Positions 11,094 through 25,138 of a stretch of 64,000 nucleotides of DNA are shown one piece after another (position 1 is the first letter of the stretch; each line of letters opens with the position of its first letter). The DNA is from Octopus vulgaris. Lineage: Eukaryota. A program made the position numbers and the translations under genes. The stretch spans positions 41,726,001 through 41,790,000 of the forward strand of contig OX597822.1 in the NCBI GenBank assembly GCA_951406725.2, given 5' to 3'. The notes beneath the pieces were generated by a model. It made no database searches. It was not told where the DNA came from and saw nothing but the letters and a program-made list of their open reading frames with translations.

Positions 11094-11154
11094 TAGGTTT
11101 GCTGGTGCAGACAGGAAAAATAGCACTCAAAACCTGAGTATTTTAAAAATTTGT

Positions 11155-11560
11155 TTTATTCATTTGACTGCGGCCATGCTGGAGCACCACCTTTAGTTGA
11201 AGAAATCATCCCCAGGACTTATTCTTTGTAAGCCTAGTGCTTATTCTATCAGTCCTTTTCGCCAAACTGCTAAGTTACGGTGATGTAAACACACCAGCAT
11301 CAGTTGTCAAGCGATGTTGGGATGACAAATACACACACACTTACACTCACACGTAAACTCACACTTACACTCACACGCAAACACACACACATACACATAT
11401 GACAAGCTTCTTTCAGTTTCCATCTACCAGATCCACTCACAAGGCTTTGATCAGTCTGAGTCTATAGTAGAAGATACTTGCCCAAGGTGCCATGTAGTGG
11501 GACTGAACCCAGAATCATGTGGTTGGTAAGCGAGTCACTTTAGCCACTCCTATGCCTATA
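11155..11560 (-). mobile_element. tRNA-derived SINE family A
   Basis: Full reverse-complement match to the 49757-50150 copy. Confidence 0.85.
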
Positions 11561-11744
11561 CGTTATTTATTAATAATCAGCAGAAGTTACAAAGTGGCTC
11601 AAGGGCCAAAAGTTTAATATATTGGCACTTTTCAGTAGTCAAGACTATTGAAAAGATTGCAAGATGCAACGAAAATTTTACCGGTGAGTGTGTTAAATTA
11701 TAAGGCACAAAAAGAAAATGACTCTCCCTGGACACAACAGTATA

Positions 11745-11992
11745 TGTATGGCACATAAAAAACACCATTTGAGCGTGGCCATTGCCAGTACCGCCTGGCT
11801 GGCCCTCATGCCAGTGGCACGTAAAAAGCACCCACTACACTCTCAAAGTGGTTGGCGTTAGGAAGGGCATCAAGCTGTAGAAACTCTGCTAGATCAGATT
11901 GGATCTTGGTGCAGCCATCTGGTTCGCCAGTCCTCAGTCAAATCGTCCAACCCATTCTAGCATGGAAAGCGGATGTTAAACGATGATGATGA
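11745..11992 (+). mobile_element. 3' UTR fragment of RTE LINE (family C repeat) with (GAT)n tail
   Basis: aaaagcacccactacactctc...gttaggaagggcatc...catggaaagcggatgttaaacgatgatgat; same tail as the RTE at 41267. Confidence 0.8.
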
Positions 11993-12527
11993 TATATACA
12001 TGCACACACACACATACACTTGCATAAATTTATATATATATACATACATATATGTACGTGTGTATGTATTTTTTTTATCAATAATTGGCAGAAATTACTG
12101 ACTGAAACTGTGCATACGTAAGTACACACACACATACACACTGACATGCAGGCAATTAGACAGAGTTTATAAATGTGAGTTTAAGTAGATCCTATCATTT
12201 TGATTACTGAATGTGGTAATCAAAATGGCAGGATCTACACATACACACACACATACACACATTATATATTTGGAAAAGATTTTGTTAAATTAAAAATTGT
12301 TAATTGTATAAACTGAATCTTAAAGAACCCAGAATGACACAAACCATTTGGAAGGAAGTTTGCATGTTGTGTTAAGTGCTTCTAAACAGTTTGTGTCATA
12401 CTGATTTTTTTTAACATTTCCTTTTATATAATTAATTATTTTTAATTTAAGGAAATCTTTCTTCAAATATATATACATGTATGCATATATATGTTTATAT
12501 GTAAGTGTGTGTGTATATATATGTATG

Positions 12528-12562
<35 letters not shown>

Positions 12563-12574
12563 ATATGTATGTAT

Positions 12575-12965
12575 ACTCTTTTACTCTTTTACTTGTTTCA
12601 GTCATTTGACTGTGGCCATGCTGGAGCACCGCCTTTTAGTCAAGCAAATCGACCCCAGGACTTTTTTTTTGTAACCCTAGAACTTATTCCATCGGTCTCC
12701 ATTGCCGAACCGCTAAGTTACAGGGACGTAGACACACCAGCATCGGTTCTCAAGCGATGTTGGGGTTACAAACAAAGACACACAAACATACACACACATA
12801 TATATATACATATACGATGGGCTTCTTTCAGTTTCCGTCTACCAAATCCACTCACAAGGCTTTGGTCGACCTGAGGCTATAGTAGAAGACACTTACTCAA
12901 GGTGCCACGCAGTGGGACTGAACCTAGAACCATGTGGTTCGTAAGCAGGCTACTTACCACACAGC
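12575..12965 (-). mobile_element. tRNA-derived SINE family A, young copy
   Basis: Full reverse-complement match to the family with CpGs retained. Confidence 0.85.
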
Positions 12966-13040
12966 TAATTTATGTGCATATTTGCGTATGAATATGTATA
13001 TGTGTGTATATATATGTGTGTGTGTGTATGTGTATATATA

Positions 13041-13581
13041 TTGAGTTATCCTATAAATAATGCGGTTTTTTTATACTTTTATTTTTCAAAATTAAGATAA
13101 ATTTCTTTTTTAATCTAAAATATACTCTCCTTCATTTTCTACAATGCTCTTCCATCTATCTGGTAGACTTGCAAGACCCCTCTTCCGAAATTCACTTGTC
13201 CATGATGAAAAATACTCCTTTGGTACTGTTCTGACCTTGTCTACACAATTCATATTTTTTCTGTCCACATGATTTTGAATACTATGGAATAAATGATAAT
13301 CAGATGGGGCCACGGTCAGCAAATATGGTTGCTGGGGCATTGTTTCTCATTCAAACTGCTCCAGCCTTTGGAATGTCATATTCACTATATATGGCCAAGG
13401 ATTATCCTGATGGAAGAACACCTTTCATCTTGAAAGCAAAGATTGTCATTTTTCTTCTAACACTGACTTAAGCTGAGCTGGAATCTACAGCCTAGAAGAC
13501 AAGCCCCATCCTGAAAGATCTGTAGAGTTTGATGAGGACGTCTTGCAAACCCACGTGGAACAAAATCCCATTGTAACTGTT
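13041..13581 (-). mobile_element. Mariner (DD34D) transposase pseudogene fragment with probable right terminus
   Basis: Minus strand VFFHQDN and PYLLTVAPSDYHLF...LPDRWKSIVENEGEYILD (degenerate HDNA and YSPDLAPSDYHLF motifs); ends at TA-flanked ttgagttatcctataaataatgcgg. Confidence 0.85.
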
Positions 13582-14509
13582 GCTTGCAGTAGATCTCCTT
13601 ATCATTTGGTTTGGGTTTGAAAGTCGACTAACTTTAATATCCCGTCAAACAATAACAGCAGTAGATCTCATTATCTATATAGACATATTCATATACAAAA
13701 TGCTAACTTTCAGTGCCGGCTCTGAATTCTATAGAAAATTGATCAAGTTTGAAAATAGAAACATCACACTGCTAACACAAAAGTAAGTCAGATATTGACT
13801 TGTAAAACTTTAATATACTTGGTAGTAAATCATGGTTGCAAAATGAAATACTGTGTCCTTACTAGCAATTTATTGGTTTCAGTATAACTGACTGCACATT
13901 TCTGCTCATGTCTAATAAATTTTCTTTTTTTCTACTTTCAGATTTGGTTCCTCTCTAAGAAAGATATGGAATATCTATGGAAGTTTTCAAGATGTTATTA
14001 AACATCAACATTATATACCAGGACATCTACCACTCCTGACCTACCAGAATATCATTTTAAGTTTACGGGGAACTTGTTGGGAGTTTGGTCTTTTTAACCT
14101 TTCTCCCTGGTTTATAACAATATATTTTATTATTAGCTTCTTTATGACCACATCTCTCAAAGAGCTACTAATGTACCACCACCTGTGATTACAATAGTGG
14201 TACGATGCTGGAACGATTTAATTCCATGTCTTCCTGACACAAAGCCTTCATGAAAACCCTTTCTTGTCTTTCCTGGACTTACCAGTCTCTTCAATGAACT
14301 CAATTTGGATTTTTACCCAATTTTTGTAACCAGAATGTTCTGAGAGTAAACTTTCCAACCATGGATAATAAGGTAAATCACTTTCGTTTTTCTTTGTACT
14401 ATTATATTGAGTGAGGTTGTAAATCAACTGCAACACCCACCGGTTTTACATTGAAATACAAATATATCAACTACTGACACTTCTGTATGGGCTGACCATA
14501 ATATATCTA

Positions 14510-14842
14510 TGAAATATGTCTCAGTGGTTACAGCATCAATCATGTGGTTGTGAGTTTGATTCCTGGACCGGGCTGTGTGTTGTGTTCTTGAGCAAGACAC
14601 TTTATTTCATGTTGCTCCAGTTCACTCAGCTGTAGAAATGAGTTGCGACATTACTGGTGCCAAGCTGTACTGGCCTTTCCCTTTCCCTTGGATAACATTG
14701 GTGGCATGGAGAGGGAATGCTGGTATGCATGGGTGACTGTTGGTCTTCCATAAACAACTCTGCTAGTATTTGTGCCTCGGAGGGTCACTTTCTAGGTGCA
14801 ATTGCATGGTCATTCATGACCGAAAGGAGTCTTTACCCTTCT
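14510..14842 (+). mobile_element. tRNA-derived SINE family D
   Basis: ctcagtggttacagcat...gagtttgattcctggacc...gagcaagacact; homologous to 60318-60655. Confidence 0.75.
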
Positions 14843-14930
14843 ATATATGGTTCAAATGTACAGAAGACAAAAGACATAGACAGGCGAGGGAACAAGAAGG
14901 TGTATTGGTTTGATGCTCAGAAAAAATGGA

Positions 14931-14970
14931 AGTCTTTGATGTTTCGAGTTTATGCTCTTCAAAGAAAGGG
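14931..14970 (-). ncRNA. Degenerate hammerhead-like motif in a Penelope-like terminal fragment
   Basis: Minus strand ttct-TTGAAGA-gcataaactc-GAAA-catc-aaaga; a related flank occurs at 10981-11070. Confidence 0.35.
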
Positions 14971-15112
14971 ATGAGAAAAAAAAATAAAGAGGGTGGGCAG
15001 AAACTGTGTTGGGATTAAGAAACTTTCTTCCCAACCACATGGATTCTGGTTCAGTTTCACTGTGTATTAATGGGCAAGTGTCTTCTACTATAGTTCCAGG
15101 GCAACCAAAGCC

Positions 15113-15410
15113 TTACAAGTTGATATATATGGTAGATAGGAACTGAAATATATAAATATATATATTTACGTGCTTATATTAGTGTGTGTTTGTGTCTTCA
15201 TCTTGGTACTTCTGTGGCAACATATATGTTTTCTGTATCAGGCGATCCCAACCACCAGGTTTTACAAGTTGATATATATGGTAGATAGGAACTGAAATAT
15301 ATAAATATATATATTTACGTGCTTATATTAGTGTGTGTTTGTGTCTTCATCTTGGTACTTCTGTGGCAACATATATGTTTTCTGTATCAGGCGATCCCAA
15401 CCACCAGGTT
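15113..15410 (+). repeat. 149-bp tandem duplication (2 copies)
   Basis: 15113-15261 and 15262-15410 appear identical by eye. Confidence 0.9.
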
Positions 15411-15536
15411 GTAGACTAGTACCAGGTCATGAATCATTTGGTACCAGACCTTACAGAAAGAATAGATTTTTAAACTATATTTCTATTTTACTGAGTATTG
15501 CAGTATGGGTTATTTTTGCATTATATATGTGCCAAC

Positions 15537-15755
15537 AAGGCAGCAAGCTGGCAGAAACGTTAGCACATCAGGCAAAATGCTTAGTGGTATTTCGTCTGTC
15601 TTTACGTTCTGAGTTCAAATTCTGCCAAGGTCGACTTAGTCTTTCATCCTGTTGGGGTTGATAAATTAAGTGCCACTTGCGTACTGGTTTCAATCTAATC
15701 AACTGGCCCCCTCCTCCAAAATTTCAGGCCTTGTGCCCAGAGTAGAAAAGATTAT
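15537..15755 (+). mobile_element. tRNA-derived SINE family B
   Basis: aaggcagcaagctggcagaaacgttagcac...ttctgagttcaaattctgccaaggtcgac. Confidence 0.8.
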
Positions 15756-15762
15756 ATATGTA

Positions 15763-16636
15763 ATAGCTGAGGTACCCAATAATACCCAGGGGTGAGGATA
15801 TTCCCAGTACCTATCACAATGCCTAATTTCGCTCAGACGTAAAATAAAACCAAGACATATGACAGATAATAGAAGGCGTAAGCAAATTCATTCACAAAGC
15901 AATAATACATATAAATACCTGTGGGATCGGAAAATGACAATCATTTGGTCAGATGAGTGGAAAGCTGCAAATATATATAATCAATGGAATCATCAAGAAG
16001 GGAATTGTAAAGGAGTGCTATGAAATAAAAAATGAACATAAAGGTTTGAAAAATAGACAAAAAATTATTTAGAGGAAAGGCACTTAATTTGACGACTGTG
16101 TTTCATGGGTATAGTTCCTCTGATCATGAGAATCAAATATCGATTGCAATGTTTAGAACCAATAATTTTAAGTGCAGGTGTTAAGAAAATACATGTTACA
16201 GCAACCTGAGAATGCTGAAATAATTGATGAACATTTTAACCCCTCAACAGTTTAGGCCAAATTTCGTTAATCATTTAATTAAAAATCCTCTTATGCTTTG
16301 CTTGAGTGGTCTAGGTAAAATTTTATTCTTCACAAACCATCCTTAGCACATATTCCATCTGTGTATAAAATTTCAAGAAAATCAGTTGAAAACTTTAAAA
16401 GTTATGACAGAAAATAGCATTCGTATGAGAATTTGCATTGAAATGTCCTATTGATTTTTAAAACATTGATGCTGATTAAAAATTATCAATGTTTTTGAAA
16501 TTCCAAGTGCATAAGTGAGTGCATGGGCATAAGCCCCACACATGTGTCAAGTTCCATCAAAATCGATTGGATAGTCTCAGAGGAGTTAAAGTAACAAATC
16601 CACAAACAGACAGAAATTGCCATTTGTGTATATAGA
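15763..16636 (-). mobile_element. Older non-autonomous Helitron-like element
   Basis: Minus-strand 5' A|TCTATATACACAAATGGCAATTTCTGTCTGTTTG...ccaatcgattttgatggaacttgacacatg parallels the 5' end at 4792; decayed 3' hairpin and CTAT end near 15763-15791. Confidence 0.5.
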
Positions 16637-17749
16637 TTACACACGTAATATATATGTACTATATATGTAATAATTAAATTATATATATTATGCACTTTAT
16701 TGTGTTTTGTTACGTATGTGATCCCTCAGCCTAATGAAAAACTGTCTTGCATGAAACCAGTCCATAGGGCAAAAGAATGTTGGGGGAATGCTGTTGTATA
16801 TGACTATGTGTATCCATGTGTGTGTCTGGGCATGTTAGGGTTGGGAGTTTGTGTGTGTGTGTGTGTGTGTGTACATAATTTACGTGTTTCAACAAGAATG
16901 TTCATATGTAATATTTTATTGATCACCCACAATTTCCAACTCTGCACCCATAGATTCTATACTATATACACCCAGGTAAAAATATATAGTGTAAAATAGT
17001 TATGTAGTTTTACATTTGAACATTACATGTACACAAACATATACACATAACATATTCATACACACACACACACACCATCATCATTATTATCATCATCCTG
17101 TGATTCATCAAGAGTTAAAAACAGTCATCTTTATACAATGTTTAGATATATATATGCATATGACAAAGCATATTTATTACATAACTGTATTAAAATATGA
17201 CAACATATATATTATAGAAAATATAAATATATTATGCAGGTATGGAAATAGGGTTAACAAGTTCACTTTCCAAGCACATGGCTTTGGGTTCAGGCCCACT
17301 ATATGGGGCTCTGACTCATTAGTGTTTTGTGTTGGAATTAGTGCATGTGTGTGTGTATGTGTGCAAGTGTGTGTGAGTGTGTTTGTGTTTACATATACAT
17401 ACATGTAAATAAGTGTGTATATGTGTATGTGTTCACAACCTATGCTAAGCTGCCTGTATAATCAATGTAGTCTGGGAAGCAAGTAGTGATATTTATTGAT
17501 ATTTCCTGTTATCAAATACTCTGCCAGCTCTAGCTCTGCACTGCTGAATTCAACTGGAATTTAAAAAATCCTTTACTTGAAAAGCAGACGAAGTTTGGCA
17601 ACAAGAAGAGCATCCAACCATCAAAATCTTCCCTCAGTTACTTTCCAAATAAAGTCTTGCTAACATTGAGAAAATGACATTAAATGAAACAACTGGATGA
17701 ATGATAACATGTTTATGTGGCAAATATTCGTTATTCTATGAGTTTTTAA

Positions 17750-18112
17750 TAGAGAGAGAGCAATGGTGAGAGAAATGTGTGGGGTGAAGCTGTTTGATTA
17801 GAGGAGGATTGAGGATTTGATGGGGATGCTGGGATTGGACGAATCAGTGAAATGGTTGGAAAGGGCGAATGGAGTGAGGTGGTATGGGCATGTGTTGAGG
17901 AGGGTGATTGCATTTGAGGTAAATGAAGGGCGAAAGTGAGGTAGACCGAGGGACAGGTGGAGGAGGAGGTTGGAAGGGTTGGTTTGAAAAAGGAGGACGT
18001 CCAAAACCTGGCGAGACGGTGTGAGGGCAGTTGCTATGGCATTGAGGTAGATCTGGCCACCCTGGTTAGTGGGGACAAAACCCGGATTTAAAACACTGGA
18101 TGATGATGATAA
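17750..18112 (+). pseudogene. Degenerate 3' end of an RTE LINE ORF
   Basis: Translation includes ANGVRWYGHVLRR and GRK*GRPRDRW, typical RTE C-terminal motifs, followed by a (GAT)n tail. Confidence 0.7.
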
Positions 18113-18228
18113 TGATAAAGGCAGAATCGTTAGCATGCTAGGCAAAATGCTTAGCAGCATTTCATTTGTTTTTATGTTCAGAGTTCAAATTCTGTCAAAG
18201 TCAACTTTGCCTTTTATCCTTTTGTGGT

Positions 18229-18450
18229 TGATAAAATAAGTTCCATTTGATAAAATTAGTATTATTTCATAAAATTAGCACTATTTCATAAAATTAGTAC
18301 CATTTGATAAAGTAAGTATCATTTTATAAAGTACCATTTGATAAAATTAGTGCCATTTGGTAAGATAAGTACCATTTGATAAAATAAGTATCATTTGATA
18401 AAATTAGCCATTTGATAAAATTAATACTATTTAATAAAATAAGTACCATC
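18229..18450 (+). repeat. ~19-bp minisatellite (gataaaataagtaccattt, about 11 copies) expanded inside a family B SINE
   Basis: The unit matches the SINE B core gataaaataagtacca; the SINE spans ~18118-18502. Confidence 0.85.
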
Positions 18451-20290
18451 AATGTAATCAACTTCCTTGAACTTATTGGCCTTGTATCAAAATTTGAAAC
18501 CAATATAACATCAACTAGGAACTGTGAAGTATTTATGTAATTATAACAGTAGTGAAGAGGTGTGTGATGATGGTGGTGGTAGTGATGTGGTGATTGTTAC
18601 TGGTGCATTTGCAGTAGTTGACCAATGGTTTGGCAAATTCTTTGATCTATAGTAAATATAGTTGATTGGGCAGGGGAAAATATAGCAGCCTCATTATCAT
18701 TTAATGTCCCTCTTCCATGCTGGCATGGGTGGGATGGTTTGACAGAAAGAAAGCGAAAGACTGCACTAAGCTCCTCTGTTTATTTTTGGCATGGTTTTTA
18801 TGGCTGGATGCCCTTCTGAATGCCAACCACTTTACATATATATGTATATATGTTGTGCAAGGCATGTGGCCTAGTGTTTAATGTGTTGCACCCACGATCG
18901 CAAGATCATGGTTTCAATTCACAGACCAGGCAGTGCATCGTGTTTATAATCAAAACATTTCATTTTATTATTTCAGCTTACTCGGGTGTAAATGAGAAAC
19001 CCTGCAATGGACAGGTACCTTTTTCAGGAGGAATGTCCTGGAAATTGGGTAACAGGCTCTATTAATCCGAGGACTAAAGACAGTAATGTCCAGGGGGCTG
19101 ATGATGATGATGATGTATATATCATATGGAATATGTTGTTGGGGATGAAATGATAGGGGTGTATCGTAAAAGATTCAGATGGGATAATATAGTACAAGTA
19201 GTTATACAACAGACTATTGTTATTTGTAGAGTGCAATTTAACCTTTTGTCTACTGTAGGGTGCAGTTTGACATGGTTGTGGTGGTAGTTGTAGTGGAGGT
19301 AGTGGTGTTGTCATGGTCATTATAGTTGTGATGGTAGTAGTAGTAAAGGGTGGCGGTGGTGGTGGTGGTGGTGGTCATTGTGCTTGTTGTAGTGGTGGTG
19401 GTCATGAATTGTGTTTATTGTCAGAAATAATTATTGTTTCAAAACTTACTTTTTATAGTTTGGGGTTGTAGATTATGTCATCTCTTCAATTGCATGTGTG
19501 GGTATATATGTAATGTATACTAATGTATGTATGTGCTTGTATGTGAATATCAATGTAGGTATGTATTTATGTGTGTAGGTATAGATGTAGATTGTAGATA
19601 TGTGTAAAATAATGTGAATGCATGTACGTGTGTGTAATGTAATGGGTTGTATATTCTTGTACTTGTATCCTGCTAGTGTAGACAGACAGACAGACTGTGA
19701 GACAAACCACTTAGTTTGACTTCACCAAGTCTAGGGAAGAATGAAACCATAAACCAAAGAACCAATTATAATATTATATTGTAAGTGTGTTTAAGTAAAA
19801 ACTTCTACACACTGTAATGTGAAGACATATCTCAAGGTGAAAGGTCATTGAAACATTAGTAGAGAGAATCTTCACCAAGCAGAGTGCTGTCTGGTCAATG
19901 GTGCCATTCTATTTCCAGGACAGGATTTACTTCTTATGTAGAATAATGCCAGTAGAATCTGTTAATATCTTCAGTTCCTTAATAATGGTGGGTATTTATA
20001 TAGAGGGAAGACAGAATAGAGGTCATTGGTTCAATTCTATTACATGATTGGTTGGTTGTTTAGTGACCCCAGAGGGGAATGAAAGACAAAGTGTGTTTCA
20101 GCAAGATTTGAAGTAAAGAATTGTGGAGTGGTTGTGTGGTTAAGAAGTTTGCTTCCCAGCCATGTGACTTTAGGTTCAATCTCACTACTCAGCATCTTGA
20201 GCAAGTGTCTTCTATTATACTTTTTGGTGGACCAAAGTCTTGTGAGTTGATTCAGTTGATGGAAACTAAAAGAAGTCTATTGTCTGTCTG

Positions 20291-20355
<65 letters not shown>

Positions 20356-22819
20356 AGCTACCTATCTATCTATACATACATATATATATGTGTGTGTGTG
20401 TGTGTCCCTGCACTGCTCAACAACCAGTGTTGGTTTGTTTACATCCCCACAATTTTGCAATTCAGCAAAAGAGACTGACACAATAAGTTCTAGATTTGTT
20501 TGACTAAACCGTTCAAGATGGTGCTCCAGCATGACTGAAACAAGTAAAAGATAAAGATAACTACTGTTTAGTGCTAATCCACCTGCTCCTAGCCACAACA
20601 ACACATACAGTTAGAATATTCATTTACAGCAATTATGATGCACATTTATAAGATCGCGGGCATATGACACACATTTAAGTGGGGAAGGAGACCCAAGTGT
20701 GACACTGATAGTTTAATTGGCATTTAGCAGAAGGAAAGATCAATTAACCCTCGCAGAACTTCAATTGGAATGTAGTGGGATGGAACTAAGTAGCTATCAT
20801 CATCATCATCATTATCATCATCATCATTTAATGTCAGTTTTCCATGCTGGCATGGGTTGGACAGTTTGAATGGAGCTGGGAAGTCAGAAGACTGCACCAA
20901 GCTTTACTGCCTGAATTTGGAATGGTTTCTATGGTTGGATGCCCTTCATGGTACTGACCACTTTACAGAGTATCCTGGGTGCTTTTTACACAATATTAGT
21001 GACATTGAGGTCACCAAATAATTAGCTAGACAAGACCCCCTCAACTGAGGTGGGGAGTAGGATTAAGGAAGGTGGCTTTGTGCCAGATGAAATGTTACAA
21101 TATAAGTAGAGGGATAGATATAGGTATCTTGCAGTAAAGAAGATACATGGCTGCATCAGTAGGAGAGATGGGGAGGAAGAGAGAGAGAAAACAGTGATGA
21201 TGTAATGGAGGATAAAGAATTTTGAATAATGTTCTGCCCATTACTTTACTGTAATAATATCTACCTTTGTCAGAAACTACAAATTTAGGTAAAGGTTAGT
21301 CAATTAAATTGGTCCCAATACATGACCAGTATTTTATTGTATTGATCCAAAGAGGATAAAAGATATTTCATTTTGTATTATAGTTTGTGAGCAATAGCAT
21401 CATTGATTACAAGTTTCCACTGAGGCAGTCACCGAATCAATCCATTGCTGGCAACCAGAGTAAAAAATGGAGCATCTGTGCAACTTAAATAGAATAATAC
21501 CTCATTGGCTTGTTCTTTGAGCTCTGATTTACAATTTTTCTTACTGATGTCTATCTTTTACAAAAGCTGATATACACACACACACACACTGCTATACTTG
21601 TTTGTGTTTGTGTGTATACAGTTTCTGTCTACTAAACTCTACTTACAATATATGGGTGAATCCAAAGCTACAGAAGAAACATTGCCAAGGTGCTATGCTG
21701 TAGGATTGAACCTGGAACCACATGGTTTCAAAACTACTTCTTAATCACAAGGTTACATCGGTTTTGTAGCAAGCTAGCCTAGAATTTGAAAGTGAAATTT
21801 ACTAATTACTATTAGAAAATTTCCGTTAAGCAACCAGATTCTTCACATTGATTGATGACATCATCAAGAACCTAAATACTAATCCTCTTTTAATTACTCA
21901 TTAAAATTGACTGATTGATGTCAGCAAAAAAAAAAAAATAAAGAAAAAAACTGACCATTTAATATTCACAAAAACACTTGAAGCAAGAGACTAAACTACT
22001 GAAGAGTTGTGGATGGTGATCAGTCGACCTTAATATAAGGTCTTTCAAGAAGGCAGACGCACAATGAGTAGACTAGACCAAATGAGTTGGCTGGAAAAAG
22101 GGAACAATACAGGCAAGCCTCATGTCAGTCACTGTTCAGCAATCAGCTGTTGAACTTGATGATTAGACTTGTCAACATGATCTGAGCTGCTACTAATTCG
22201 AAAACTACTCTTTCACACACATTCTACTCATTTTTTCCGGACTATTTCTCTCTTTCCATCCATCTATCTTTCACACACACATAATACATAACTACAGAAC
22301 AAATCCCTAACCACACCTCTGTTTGAAAAGAACTCTTTCACCTGTTGTTCCCTGTCCGACCATTGTATCTGATTCATTATTTTAATAGTAAACATGGTAA
22401 ATCAAAAACTTTTCTTCACCTACCTAGTCAACCCACAAGTTAACAGTTATATACAGGGGGCATACATTATATTCTTTTCTACTCTAGGCACAAGGCCCAA
22501 AATTTTGGAGGAGGGGGCCAGTCGATTAGATCGATCCCTAGTACACAACTGGTACTTAATTTGTCGACCCAGAAAGGATGAAAGGCTAAGTCGACCTCGT
22601 CAGAAGTTGAACTCAGAATGTAAAGACAGACGAAATACCTTTAAGCATTTTGCCTGGCGTGCTAATGTTTCTGCCAAAGGCATTTTCTCAATTCTGTAGT
22701 ATTTTATTGACTCTCATTAAGATACTATCTCTAAGTATAGAACTACAGGAGTATAAGTACATAAATATTATCACATAGTACTTACTACAGGGATACTATA
22801 GGCTCACAGGATGGCCTGC

Positions 22820-23243
22820 TGTGCTTACCTTGGATCGTAGGGCGACCTGCTGTGCTTGTGGAGACTTATTGAGTCAAGAACATCAAAATAAAAATCAAAT
22901 GGAAATTGTAGTTGTGATACCTGTGCTGGTGGCACATAAAAAACACCATCCGAACATGGCTGATGCCAGCGCCATCTTGTCTGGTGTCCATGCCAGTGGC
23001 ACGTAAAAAGCATCAACCGATCGTGGATGTTGCCAGCCTCCTCTGGCCCTTATGCTGGTGGTACATAAAAAGCACCAACTACACTCACAGAGTGGTTGGA
23101 GTTAGGAAGGGCATCCAGCTGTAGAAACACTGCCAGATCAGACTGGAGCCTGGTGCAGCCTCCTGGCTTCCCAGACCCCGGTCGAACTGTGCAATCTATG
23201 CTAGCATGGAAAACGGATGTTAAATGATGATGATGATGATGAT
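22820..23243 (+). mobile_element. RTE LINE 3' UTR fragment (family C)
   Basis: Internal ggcacgtaaaaagca repeats and (GAT)n tail; homologous to 56937-57355. Confidence 0.8.
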
Positions 23244-25106
23244 TAAAGAGCACACTAATGTGCATAAGTTAAATTAGAAATAATATGTTTAATGCAAGAA
23301 ACATTAAATATGTTAATTAAATAATTAAGCTGTGAGGAAAAACACCAGTTGTGAATAACTAATATAATCTTATACAGACATTACAGGACTAATACACTCC
23401 TACAGAGTTTTTATTGCTCTGGCAGTTTATATTGTAATGTGGGACATCTTTGCTATTGTTTTATTAATGAAGCTGGTATATTCACATGAACAAGTTCATA
23501 TTTATCTTAGAAGGTTTACTGCTTTGCTAATACAATTCTGAACTCTTTGTGGTGAACCTGGTATCTGTAAACAATATGTTTAAATAGTCTATTACTGTGA
23601 TAACTTTAACCAAATTGTACAGTTAATAGATTGGCAAAGAAGCTAAATAGAAACAGTTATTTCGCTTTAATGTATGGTTTGCCCTATAATCTTTGGTGTT
23701 GATTGCCAAATTTGACCAGCACTAAAAGACCACAGTTCCAGAAATACCACAATAGTAAATAACTAGCCAACACAAGTATCTGTTGCATAACTGTATGTCT
23801 TAGCCTTAGAGGTCACTCCAAACAACACACAACATTGCTCTGCCTTTCTCTCTCAGTCATATAAAATGTGTGTGTGTGTGTGTGTGTGCGCGCGCATGCG
23901 CACAAACACTCACACACAAACATACTCACACTGTTAAATAGTTTATAAATTACTGCTGCCAACTTGCAAAATGTCATGTAAGCTATGTAAATACAGATAT
24001 GTTTTTATGAGGATATTACATTCCAAAATGGTTTAGATCTGTTGAAATTCATGTTAAGCAGAAACTTCCTTGACAATATAGTGTTCTTTCCTTTATAAAA
24101 ATCAATAGCATTCTGAAATGCTAACAACAAAATTATTTCATGAAAATTTGAACCCACTTGAAATTTATGTTGCTGTGATCCCAGTGGCCTTTAAATTTCC
24201 CAAAGAAGGAATCTTTGCCTGTACTTCCCAATTAGATTTTGTCACAGAACTCTGATATGATAGAACCTTTCATCTATATTTCACTGACAAACTCTGCTAT
24301 CCTAATTTTAATAAAACAGTCAATGAATTAAAAATTATTTTAGAGAAAGAATTTATTAATTAAAAAAAATAAAATATATTTTTTATTAAACTTTATTAAA
24401 TGACATTTTATCTCAAGGAAACTCAGAATTATTTCATGAAACCTGCTTTGGGGAGTACTGCTATATGTAGTCACTCAACCTGCTGGAAACAGCAGCCAAG
24501 TCTCTTTCAAATCACACCCTACTATTTTGAAAATGAATGACACATTAGATATTGAAGTTCTTGATACAGTGTTTCAGATAATAATAAAAAAAAAAAAATT
24601 AAGAGACAATCACACCTGGACAACTTTTAATCATAGGTCTGCTGGGTTAACAGTTACCAAGGACTAAACATTGGCCACAACAAAGAGTTCAAAATGGCTT
24701 ATTTACTGTAGTAATGTCTTTTTAACAGCTCTGTCTAATCATAGGACTTATAGAGTGAGACATCTTAGTTCCTCCTCAATTTCCAGAGAGCAAAACAGTA
24801 GGTACACTTCCTGCTTAAAAAGATTAAATATATTGAACTGAAATATATTACTCTAGCAGAACTCAAGCATAACAGACTGTATATAAGAAGAGACTGCATA
24901 TATAAGAAATATAGTGTATATAGAAAAACTGTATATAAATGAAACAGTTATATATTAAAGAGATTGTATAGTATATATGACACTGTAAAAGGGAGAATAT
25001 GGAAGAAATTATATAAAACAGACTGCATATATAGAAGACTCTCTCTCTCTATATATATATATATTACAGACACACACACACATGATATTGTACCAAAGGT
25101 AAAGGG

Positions 25107-25138
<32 letters not shown>

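Noticed and set aside
13942-14436. Possible host exon (acceptor at 13941, ~80-codon open frame; minus ORF 14248-14436 with a GTAAGT donor)
   Set aside because: No recognisable protein similarity and the signals on the two strands conflict
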